Assembly: GCF_002571385.2 (NCBI RefSeq)
Contig: NW_019217905.1
Location: 124,070-188,069, forward strand
Length of the DNA stretch: 64,000 bases
Reading direction: 5' to 3'
DNA from: Stylophora pistillata
Lineage: Eukaryota
The notes under the pieces are model-generated. The model saw only the letters and a program-made list of their open reading frames with translations. It searched no databases and was not told where the DNA came from. How positions within the stretch are numbered: position 1 is the first letter of the stretch; each line of letters begins with the position of its first letter. This document shows positions 50,399 to 63,122 of the stretch, piece after piece. Position numbers and translations under genes: made by a program.

Positions 50399-53300
50399 TT
50401 CTATTGTTTTAATTCTTTGAAGATACCAATGTATGGGAATCTGAAGTATTGGCAGTGTATCCTGTCACCGCCACCACCGTCATTACCCCTCAACCTACCT
50501 TAGCTAAGGATTTTTTGTTGGGTTTAAATCCGGTTAAGATGCCAATATCCATGATAGCCATTCCAGTGTTTCCTGGTTTCTTATACCTAAAAAAAAACAT
50601 CGCAGCAAAAGTGAACATCAAAATTAGTCAATGCAAGCTCATAGTTAGTACACGCAACTTGCTTGAAGCGCAAGAAGAGCGAATTTCATGAGTAGCTTTA
50701 TTTTGCGTGTTTCTGACTGAGAAGGAGGGTGTCAACCAAAAGATTGCAATTTTTAGCGACTATTTTTTTTTTACCAAAGCAATTCAGGGTTGCATTGAAC
50801 AATTTATCAAAATTCGACCTCATGCAGGTTTCACACAGAACGATAAGTTGGATAGAGGTGAAAACTTAGCGTATACAGAAGGTTTCTCTCACCTAGCGCA
50901 GACTTTCAGTTTGATATTCTTGACTGGCTGGTATTTCTGTGGACGTTGAGGCTTCTTGACTGTCTCGGGGTTACCTTTTCTATTTCCCCTGTTCCTACAT
51001 TGCTTTTTCTTTCTCTTATCTCTTATTCTTTTACATCGTTTTCCTTTATTTCTACGTTTTCCTCCTCTTTTACTGTTTCTCTTTCTTTTTTTTTCCTCTT
51101 CCTGACGTTCCTTGTCTTCGGCATCGCTTTGCATGGGTCCTAGTAGATCTTCCTTTTCACCTCCTTTGATTTCAACGACTTTTACCCTCAATTCAAACAT
51201 ACAGATCTCACCCCTTGACGAGGGAAGATTGTAACGAGTTTCCACCTTAAATTGAAACATTTTAAATTCCAAATGAACTCCGAGTAGTCTTTAGTAATCG
51301 TAACAACGAGAATTGGCATTTTTGAAATACAAAAATATGTCTATAAATTAGAAAATCCACCAACATCGGGCTTACATATGAAACAAATATCACGTCACAC
51401 TTAAAGGCGTTTTAAAAGTTTTTACAAAGGCTGAATATTTCAAACATTCTATCCTGGTTACTTTCTCAGTTTACGTGAAAAACGAGATAATGTTACCTCC
51501 AAAAGTCCCACACCACTTCCTTCCGCCTTCACGAAGAGTTTACCAGGCAGAGCTCCCTTTGGTATCTGAAATGAGAAGTAGACGGAATGCAAAAACTACC
51601 AAAAATTAAATGAATGAAAAGTTAATCGCACTGTCAACCGAAGTTGAACGTACAAGTGAACTCTATACGGGCAAAACTTTTTGTTTAGTATTTAAGCCTC
51701 TTACAGTCACATTATTCTTGATAATAATGGCGTTCTGCGAACGTCGAGACATAGTCGACTGGCTTTTTAAGCCGCCTTTTTAAAATGTATTTTTATAGTT
51801 TTAGAAATAATTTATCGCAATTTTTTATCGTCAAACATTCCTCATATCAGCAAAATCTGAGGTCCTTTTTTGGTCCACAACCTATTCTAGCCAGACAGGT
51901 ATCATTACCTAGCATCAGCCCAGGTGGGAAGGCGGTGTCTCTCTTCTGATACAAACCAGCATGCAATTTGTCTATTTACTGATGCCAGTGTTTGTCATCA
52001 TACAAAGAAATGCACCTTACCCCATTCAATAACTCTCCCCAGATATCTCCTAGATCCAATAATATCACCCTTAATATCACCCTTAATATCATTCCAATAA
52101 TATCACCCTTTCTTCTGCTTCTAATAATTTTAATAAAAAAAAGCTCTAGACTAACAATTCGACTACTTTATTACCCCAGAATTGGAACAAAAGTTTGGAA
52201 TGAAAGAAGAAGGCAATAAAAAGAAAATTCTATAACATTCGTACTTTCGAAGACTCTCAACAAATCATTTTAGAGGTCCAGCTCTTCTTAAATTTTTAAA
52301 TAATTCTAGCGAGTCATCTAGCTGGCAACATGTTATATCCTTATTTAGTCCTTAATTTTGTAATAGTTGTAATTGTTTCATTTTCAACATGCGACCCACC
52401 TAGAATAGCACTCAAGTTAACTGTGGGCGCGTAAAAACCTGTAAATATGAAATCAAGTAATAAAATGCATGTAGGTATTTATGTATGTATGTAGTTATGT
52501 ATGTATGTATGTATGTACTCTCGTTGATCAGCTTTTGAGTTAAACGATTATTCTTCCTCAATATTTTCTATTACTTAATTTGGTTATGGACCTTATGCCC
52601 TCTATATCCTTGAAAATTCAAAATAAATAAGTTAAAATCCAGGACATGTTGCATCTAGGATTTATCATCGTAGAACTTCTGTTGAGTGTTTCCGGACGCT
52701 TTCCTCCTCACCTTGACTTCCCTGCGTAGAAGTGCGTTTTCTGAGTTAATACGATGGGATTCCCGGACTTCCCCATTTTCCGTCTTCACTTCAACTTTTA
52801 AGTCTAACATGTTTCCTGTAGTTTTTTCGCTGTACAATGCAAGAGCTTGGAGAGCTACCACTGTATCCTGTGAAAAAGTCGGTGAAACAGATCATATTTT
52901 CTCGATGCTCATACGAAAAAAAAGAGAAAGAGGTAGGTTGAGGAATAGATCTATAAACTTCTCTCACCTGTGTAGATACAAATCCGACACCACCCTGCCT
53001 CTGACTTGTTATATACGTCACAATTGGACCTGCAGAACTGGTGCGTCCGAGGAGCAGTTGAGTCATTAGTCCATAACCAGCGGTTTCCACATCCAGTGCA
53101 TTTCCACCAGAGTTCCAGTGCCGAGTCTTTTTAACTGAAGTTTTAAAATATGAGAGATTAGACGATCGCCTTGTCAGACAGAACCGTAACTTGTTAAGAT
53201 GTTTACAAAAACTGCTAACGTTTTGTTGTTGTTGTTTTTGTTCCGGTCCTTGAATCGCTTAAAAGGTTTTCTTCCGCTTTTTTATTCTCATTTCTATTAA

Positions 53301-56300
53301 TTTTCTTGCCAACACAAAACTATCGATTCCCCTTATCTCTGGGCTTATGCGAACAGCCAAGACAGCTGAATCCCGGAAACGATATCAGCTCTTTTAAGTA
53401 AACCCCGTCGAACATAAGAAATGCTCGCTTTAGATTAACTCTCGAGTTACAACCCAAAAGAATCGATTTCAATAATAATGATCAATTTTCCGGTGGCGAA
53501 GAAAAATCCCACAGCGCGTGGAAAATTTCGTCAAATGCAAGGTAGTAAGAGTTCCTCACGGGCACAATTCGTCTTGTGACACCCTAGATGTTGCACTTTT
53601 TCCCCTCAATCACCAAAGTTTAAAATCTTGGTTCAACCTACATCGCTGATTTCACAATCTATGTGATAATAAAGATGTCACGTTTGCCAAAGACGTTATC
53701 GCTTTGTGATAAGCGGGCGCAACAATCAGCATTAGAGATGGAATCAATGAATACAGACCACACCATCTACGTCTATGTATATTCTCATATCACTTTAAGA
53801 AGTTAATAAAAACCAAAAGCAAAACTAACCGTCATCATACTGGGCCTTCTGTAGAAGTCGATCATTGGCATTTACTTTTTCCCTGCTATCAACCAAGCCC
53901 AGAGCATAAGCCACGAGAGCCATACTGTAAGGTCTATTCAGGTTTTTGTACTGACTCTCCAAAAAGTTTGTGGCCCTAAGTACATGCGCCTGTGAAACCT
54001 AGTATGGAAAATAGTGCCGAAGTTTAGCTTGTTTTAAATTCTTTTGGTTGGCATTGAAATACAAAGAAGCAGTACTTCTCGTCAAGACAAAATCAAAAAG
54101 AAAATTGCAACTACGAGGGGTGTCCCCCTGGTACTATTGGATCGCAATTGTTTGTATTTCATTACATTGCATAGCATTTGTTCTGACCATAATGTAAGGC
54201 ATTGCAATGCATTGCATCACTGTTAGATCTTATACATACCACTTCGCATTTGCATTCCGCCAGAGCAGATAGCACAAAGGCTGTCATGGCAACGTCTCCC
54301 TCTGAATTGTATACACCCCCCTGAGATATAAATAGGCATGAGTATCAATGAGTATCTGAAACATAAACCATTAATTAAGTAAATAGATGAGAAGTTCGCC
54401 ATTATGTATCAACACTCAAGAGAAAAAAAATTATTCTTGGCGTTGCATCAAAATGAAATATCAAAGAACTGTGTTAGTATTTTTTTCATCCCTGCTTTTT
54501 CGTTAATTTTGGGCAATGCCACCAAATGTATAATCGAAAAAAGCTGCCGTTTCGATTCGAGAGGAATAAAAATCATAGAGCTCGGGATTATCGAGCTTAA
54601 TTTCATAATAACAAAACGCTCCGTTCAAAATGACCCTTTCAACATTCTCAAACACTTCCTTAACCAACGAAACTAAATGTGGATTTGCGGATCACCTCTT
54701 CTCTCCCAACATGATAAACTACTTTCACCTCATTTTATCGCAGCAAAAACGTAATTTGCCCTTTGTTCAATTTTGGGTTGAGACTATATCAACATGTATT
54801 ACTTCCTAGACTTTGAACATCTTACCACCATCTCTCTATGAATGACATGGTGAACTTCGGGGAAAGCTCCATCGCTGCGTTGGTTTTCAACCAGCCAGCC
54901 CACAGATTGGCAGAGCATTCTTTCATCCATTTCATCACCTAAAAACTTTTTGGCCTTGCAGAAGACCCTCATCACAAAAGCAGTCAACCTAGGTCGCATA
55001 TGTAGAAAAAAGTAACTTAAGTTTTTGAGATATATGGCTCATTATTCAAACGAAGTTTTAACAGCGTTTTCGAAAGTCGTCGTCTAACCAGTGTTTCGCA
55101 CGTAAGAGTTTAGATCATGTCTTAACACCGAATTGACTACAATAGCGAGTTAGAGCCATTCACAGGTAAGTTTAAACGCTATCTACTGGGTAATCTCGCA
55201 GCCAGCCGTTTGGAAATGGACGGACTTGTGTGGTACAAACACTTCCAAAGAGAGTACGCCAATCCGAGCTCATATCAATTTTACCACCTCTGTAATATAT
55301 TTTGTTCCGCCTGAGCCCTGTGATCTCTAACTTTTCGTTTAACACTTTACCTCCCTTTTTCTTCCCAGTCGAGAATACTTTTCCTGACCTAAAATAAAAA
55401 CGGTTGTAACAACAAGAACGTTCTGAAATCGAGGAACCGATAGGTGTCGCATGCTTAAAAATACACAAGTTAGGACGTACCGAGAAACGGGAGGTTTCTA
55501 TGAACGTTACAGGGAAGATTTTCGATGTTATTAAACTAGACTGATGAAAGGACAGGTCAATATGGAAATGAGAAAGTTTACAAACCATGTGCTTCCTGGC
55601 CGTTCATTTCCAAATGCACTAAATGACCTGTCGTTGCGACGGTAGTTTAATTCACGTCGATAACCTGAAAATGTACCGCAAATTTCATGGTTGTTTTGTT
55701 AAAATACAATAAGCTTTTTCTGTGTATTTAGAAATACCTGTAGATTCGTTCAGTTTAGTAAAGGTTAACTAAAACACGAGAGATGAGCTACTGATAGATT
55801 TTCTCAAGTGCCCTTGCCTTATGTAAAGTTACATTACATTACAGAATCAGTCTTCAAAGGGAGACCAGCGCCACTAACGTACTACAGCTTACAACCATTC
55901 TTTGAAATGGAATCAAAGGCAATGTAAAATCATTTTGAACTATCCTTATCAAACAGCTCGCCCTTTTTTTAAACCTACGATTACGAGGTACAAGATCGCT
56001 TCGCTGATGGCGTGGTACATCAACGCACACTAAAATCGTCCAAATCATCAAAGAAAGTCAAGTACATGTATGGCTTCAAATGACCTTATACCGCAGTCAC
56101 CTAGGTGAGTATTTTGCTTTCATGCACGGCGAATTCTGTACCTGGTATCCAAAATTTAAACGGCTTAATCTTATACAATGTTAGAGGAAAGAACTTTAAT
56201 AAAGCTTGCTCGCTCAAAGGACCTTTAGAGGAGAATAGAATTAAGAAAAAAAAACCAAATGTGTAAGAACGAAAACTGAATATACCCGACTGGATGAAGC

Positions 56301-59300
56301 GGTAGGCACTTTCCGCATTTGGGTCGCTGATCTGTTTTGTGTTCGTTAGATATTCCAGCACGTACACGTTTGGAGCAAGATAAAGCATCGTTTGCTCCCC
56401 ACATCCTGTCGGTTGGCGGAAGAATTTTTCTAGACCACCTTCGATAGTAGTGTTAATGGCTGGACCAAGAAGGTTTCCTAATGGGAATGGAATATTAGAA
56501 CAATCGTGATTCATTTCCACTCGATTTCTTATCGAGTGAGTCTCTTATAGTCATTTTTCTGTGGCTTTCCACTTGATCATAGCGACAGTATTTTGTTCTT
56601 TCTTTTTCGGGCAAGATGATATACTGAAAGTTCACGGTTTTCCGGCCAACGACTTTGCCCCAGTTCCCTTATCTATTTTAGATGGCCTAGACAGTGGTCA
56701 ATCACAGTTCAGTAAACAGCGCAGGCACTGCGCAGGCACTGCGCAAACTAACTCAAGAGATAAAAGTTTACCTGGAATTCATCAAGAGTAGTTTGACGTT
56801 TGATCGCCAATGAAGAAATCTCAGATTCAGTGTAGTATAATCAATTTAGGACGGAACCCAATCACTGTCAAACTCGTGCTCCGGGCAATCCTTGAGTCAG
56901 CAGAGCATATTCCTCGTCTAATATGTCAAATTTTTTTATGCTGTTCAACTTATGATATTTGATTTAAAAATGTTGTGGGTCCACTTTGATCGACACTATT
57001 ACCCCTTTAAGTCTCAATAAATATAAATAAACGATAGCTTTTTCATCTAGGTTGTCTGACATTTAAAGGTTAAACATCTTATGACAGGAAATACTTTGAA
57101 AACTCCATAATATCATTTCTCCAATTATTCACTAAATTCTAAATGTAAAATTTTTCTTACCGGTCAAGTACACGACAGCTCCAGTTGAACCAGTTATTGC
57201 CTTTGGGGGAATTTCGAAGTCAACTACAATAAGTAACATTTACTCATATCAGGTTTTAGAAGTATACATATTAGCACACGATAAAAACGAAGACTCCTTT
57301 TGACAACCTCACTGATATTGTTAAACAATTAAATCAAAACATATCTTATTTAGAAGCATTACAAGAGCTTCATTACATTTGGTGATAACAGATCTTGTTT
57401 AGTAGTATTAAAAGAACTTCATTACCTTTGGCGTTGGGAACATGAATGGAAATAACATATTAGTATTAGCCACTCAGTTAAAAAAATATTGTAGGCAGTT
57501 GATAGATTCCTATCTAGATGGCGATCTTACTTTGTAAGTAGATTAATTGTTACCTTTACTTTCTGTGAGAAATTAGTCCATTGGACTGTACATAAGTTTG
57601 TACTAAGCCGTTAGTGATTATGGCTTATAATCCTACGGTAGTTTGACATGGAAGCAGATGCCTAGTTCTACGGTGATTACAACTTGGCATAAGGTAATTC
57701 AAATATCTTGCGGTAAGATATATTTTAATTAGGATAATATGCTTGATAAATGAGAGAGTAATTTGATCTAGGTAAAGTTAGTATCGTATTTGTATTCCTG
57801 GAAATTCCTACTTCTTATACTTTCGATTCTTTTCAGATTATTATTTTTTTTAGATCAATTTGACGTTGGTCAAATACTGAGAGCTTGCTAATTGTCGCCT
57901 TTATAAGTTGAAAACCGGCAGTTTCTTAAAGTTGTTGTGTTATACCCCAAGCTAACAAGTTGTTTTGAATTCCTAAGAAAAGGAATAAAGAAGTATTATC
58001 TTTACAAGGAGTGTTAGAAACTCTTCCAACAAAGTAGATTCAAAAAGTACCCCATGAATTGGCCCAGAGATTTCCTAAAATTGAATCATTTCCTAGAAAA
58101 CCTACAAAAGCATTAGTAAAAGAATTGTTCCCGTGGATCTCATGGAACTTGTTAGCCGAGTAGTTGCTGGCAACGCACATTTGTTTCGAGACTGATGATT
58201 TATAGTTCAACACTAACAAGGCTACGAGCATTTCAAACAGAACCGGACACGCTCTGTAGTCATGCCCTTCAATTTCGCGCCAACAAAATAGTCTCCTCCA
58301 AAACATTTGAGATAAAGCATACTTGTAATGTTCCTTGGTGATATGGTTGAACTGTGTTCTCCATTATTAGTGTCATCGTTGAGAATTCCTGCGAGTGAAA
58401 GCAACGAACATCCGTATCAATAATCATTACGGCGGGCCATTCCCACAAAATGTTTCGTTTCCCTTCGCCCACCTGACCGACCGACCAAAGTATAACAAAT
58501 GAATAGTCAAAATTCAATATTTCATTTAAACTACGCTGAGCAAAGGAGCGTACAATTATAATCAGACCTTTCTATTTCACGATTAATCTTTTCAGGCTCC
58601 CTCTATCAATTTTATTTCTCTTCTGAACTTTAATTTTTTACACCAATTTCAAAGGCATGAGGGTAACGGAGAAGGGGAGTGCAAATGGAATTACCTTTAG
58701 GATCCAGTGTAAAAGATCGCGAGGTACGATTTTCCTTTCCTTCTGGCTACAAGTTATGAAATAAGGAAAAAGACAGAAATATAGCGCTGGTGATATGTTT
58801 CAAAAGAAAAAAAGGATAACACTGAAAGTATGCTGAAATAAGTTAGGACCGAAGCAGCACTTTACTTCAACATGCTTCAGTGTCTTGTGTAGTTCTGCAA
58901 GAGCAATTTCCGTCTTTAAGACAAGGCTATAAGATACGATGAATATATGAAGTTCATATATTTTTTGAACTGCGGTTATAGATACGTATAATGCACGATC
59001 CTCGCAGTAGAGAGCGCTATTTATGCAATAGCGAAAATCAGACCCGAAAAAAATCAGGCCTGTACGGGATTCGAACCACTGACCTCTGCGATACTAGTGC
59101 ACCGCTCTACCAATTGAGCTAACAAGCCAACTGGGAGTAGGCCGTTAAGTTGATTCGTAATAAACCCGTGATGATAAATCAGATACGATGAATATATGAA
59201 GTTCATATATTTTTTGAACTGCGGTTATAGAGGGTTTATTACGAATCAACTTAACGGCCTGCTCCCAGTTGGCTTGTTAGCTCAATTGGTAGAGCGCTGC

Positions 59301-62300
59301 ACTGGTATCGCAGAGGTCAGTGGTTCGAATCCTATACAGGCCTGACCTTTTTCAGGTCTGATTTTCGCTATTGCATAAATAGCGCTCTTTACTGCGAGGA
59401 TCGTGCATTATACGTATCTATAACCGCAGTTCAAAAAATATATGAACTTCATATATTCATCGTATCTGATTTATCATCACGGGTTTATTACGAATCAACT
59501 TAACGGCCTACTCCCAGTTGGCTTGTTAGCTCAATTGGTAGAGCGGTGCACTAGTATCGCAGAGGTCAGTGGTTCGAATCCCGTACAGGCCTGATTTTTT
59601 TCGGGTCTGATTTTCGCTATTGCATAAATAGCGCTCTCTCCTGCGAGGATCGTGCATTATACGTACAAGGCTATAAATATCAAATCTCGCCCGCCGGTAT
59701 GAACATTGTTAAATCTTTCTGTATTGTCCTTACTTTTCCACGGAAGAATATTTACTGATTGAACATTTTTTGAACGCACCTTTTAAAACATTATTCTGCT
59801 TGTTAACATCAAAAGTGCTTTATTTACGATAGCGATTTCAGGATTCATTCACCACTTGAACTTTATGCGCACGTATGACACAGGGTCTCAATGGGTGAGG
59901 GCTTTTACGGCTGGGGGTTAAAGTTTTGGCCAATTTACGGCAACCAATTTAGCAAAATGATAAGCATTAGCTTGATTAAAATTTGTCAACTTTTAACGAC
60001 TGTCCAGCATCCATCTGAAGTAAACAAATATTTCTTAGTAATATATTGCAGATATAGACCCACTTACCACAACAAGAAGCTTTCGTTGTACGACGTCCAC
60101 TCCCCTTGTATCCCAAAAGACTTCACCCTCTTTTTTTACTTCAAGAATGGATGAGACTTCGATTTCTATTTCCCTTGCTGTTTTGGGAATAATTGGGACT
60201 GCAACAGATTTGGCATCGTTTGGTTGAAGGTAAAGTATCCCTATCAAAACAAGGCTGTCATCGGCAGCAGTAGAACAGAAGTCTTTGTTACCTCTGAGGT
60301 ATACCTTTGCCTTTTGGAGATACAATGAACCAGAATGTAATTAAGACGCAGTCTCTGTAAAAGCGGTCCGGTGCCGTCGGTTCAAAAATTCGATTTGTTT
60401 CAAACTTTACACATAGTTTGTTCACAAAACTGTCGTTAAAGGAATTTTTTGCTTCGTATAGTTAGATCGATGCTTTTACTTTGGAGATAATTTTTCAGTT
60501 TGACACCTATTACTTTGATTTTTCCACCACGACCGTAAATATACAACTTTTAATCTCGGTTCAGTGCAAAATTCCAACTTCTTCCCCATGATATTTTAAT
60601 TTAAAGAAAGCGACTAGACTTTTTAAGTCTGTAATACACGTTTCGACAGAAACTTCTGTCATCTTCAGTTAATTACAGTACAAAGCTGTATTTTCATTCA
60701 GACTAACTAAAATAGGATAGTAGAGTATGGAAATATGAAAATACGTTGTGGTTTTGGCGAAATTCTAGCACAGCCGGCCAACGTATTAGGTACATTTTCC
60801 AAAATTCCAGCCACCTATGCACAAAAAGCGGACTCAATTACTTACGAAATTTACTTCTACAACCTATGGTCGACGCCTGAATTAAGCGCTTTGAGGCTTC
60901 ATACTGCTTGATGTTACCATAATACAGCATTTAGGGTAAGAAAAACTTCAAGCCCATCTAGGTAAATACTGCCGCCGAAAGTCGACGTTTCCCTTTAGGG
61001 CGACCAAATGTTCTGTTTTTCATTCAGTAATGAATACGAAAAAAAAGTAGTACCTCGAAGCGTCAAACATAACACACGCTACCTTCTCTTTATCTGATCA
61101 GTTCTAAGACAAGTGTATTGGGGTAAAAACCAATAATAAATCAAAGTGGCTGTGAGCTAACGAATTCGAAAAATGAACTATGAAAGGTGAGATGTCGAGG
61201 CCACTGACCCAGCGACTTCGTATTTTAAAACGTTTGTGACGCTTTAGCCGTCGCTCAGTAAAACTGCGTTTCAAAATAACTTCAAAATAACCGAACCTTT
61301 TATCTGAGAATGTATTTTTGTGAACAGTGTCAAGAGGGCCGAAAGCTGACGGAGGGAAAGACATTTATTTAATTAAATCGATCTACTTATGGGGAAAACC
61401 GAAGGCCCACTGATTGCGCAGAACCGTGGTCTCGGTTAGATCTTGTGTACAACCGAGTAATTGTCATTTGTACAGAACGGAATAAAAATGATGACCTCTT
61501 AGGTTAAGCCTACCCGGTATTGATTGTCATTCTTTATCATATAGTTGAAAACTGTCGCCAGGATCGAAATCTGCTCTCCTCTTTTCACTGAGTAAGGCAT
61601 CTTGAGCGAAACAAAAAAATCTTTCTTGGAAACGATCTGTAGTGGTAAGGCTAGGCCCAATCCTGTTGTGTTACTGATGGCCACGGCCTGTATAACCCAA
61701 GTAGTTATAGTGTCAGGTATCGTGGCTTCCATTTTTGCAGTCCCATCCTCCCTGTATGAAAGTAGGACATTTTTTGTCAAGCTATTATAGGAGTAACAAT
61801 TGCACGTTATATTTGTTAAACTCTCTCTATGGTCGGTTCTTGAGGTTCTCCTTAAAAACCTAAAATAGAAGTTGTAGCATTTGGTTGGTACCGAGCATTG
61901 GTAGCCGCGTGCAGACGCTTCAGAGAGCGCTCCGTGTAAAAATTTAAGCTCTGAGTCACATTTCTCATACATCATGAAGCGACTGAGAAATGATGAAATC
62001 CTGGCCCTCTAGTTTTAGCAGTAGGCTTGTCATAGGGGATCTATCTGTAGTAAATTCCTCTGTCAGTAGCCGGTGAAAAGTGAGCTGTATACTCAACTCT
62101 GAAGAATGCCAAGTGAATTTTACACAGATAGGAGTGGCCTTGACGAAGAATTAACCACCTATGAACTGAGTAGATCTCTTTTATTACGTTACATGCACAA
62201 AAAAAACTGTGGTAAATGAAAAGTTTTTGAGGCTGGGTTCTTTCTCTTTTTTCATGAATATGAGTGTTTGCTTATTTATAGCCCTCGATACTCTCAAGAA

Positions 62301-63090
62301 TCGTTAGTGACAATCAACAAATTTACGTTACCCAACAGGAAGCTCTTCCCAAATCCAAGTTTCTGGAAAATCGGTTCGTTTTTCTGCATCTGCGAGGTCC
62401 CGCTCGGCATTCTCTATATTCTCCGTACCACTTCTTCCAAGCAAGGCGGAATCTAAACGTTTTTTCCAACACAAGTTGCTTTCATTCTCTTTATCAAAAC
62501 ACGCCGTTTCATAGCTTAAAGACCCTTAAGGGCATCTCTTTATGGTCAATATCCGTTGGCAAAGCAACTTCCAGACCACCCGGTAAAATTATCTCAAATT
62601 TTAGACAAGAGGAGACTTTTAATTTTGTTTTGGAATTTTTTCCAGGTATCATTAGGAACTTTCTGAACCCTCCCAGTCATATTGTGTGTTATGATATGAT
62701 GACAAATAAAAAAAACAAACGCTGTTGACGATTAAAAATAATAAGATTGTAGGTCTAAAAATTTATCTCCTTTTCTTCAAAGTAACACGCTTTGGTGGAA
62801 CTCTGACGCGCGGTACCATCTTTGTTAATCCCGTTCTACTTTCATACTGCGTTTAGGCAAAGCATTCATTGAAGTTTGTTGAAATTGTAAATTGGCCACC
62901 GTAACGAATAAAAAAGAGTGCCGATTTGAAAGATTTGAAAGTTAATCTTTCAAATCGGCACCCTTAATCCCACAGGTATCAACGAACGCTTTTCATTCCA
63001 CTAATTTATTCGTGTTTTTCCCGTTGCTATGTTCCCACCAATGGCGTATCTCCGCTTCTATATTTAAACCCACATACAACCCACAATTCC

Positions 63091-63122
<32 letters not shown>

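Noticed and set aside
57560-58520. ORFs 58040-58517 as a nested gene
   Set aside because: No coherent protein; part of the region looks like a heavily decayed LINE remnant, too weak to annotate.
59056-59592. Functional tRNA-Thr gene cluster or bacterial contamination
   Set aside because: Stem mismatches, embedding in a repeated unit with a TSD, and location inside a C3 intron indicate a repeat.
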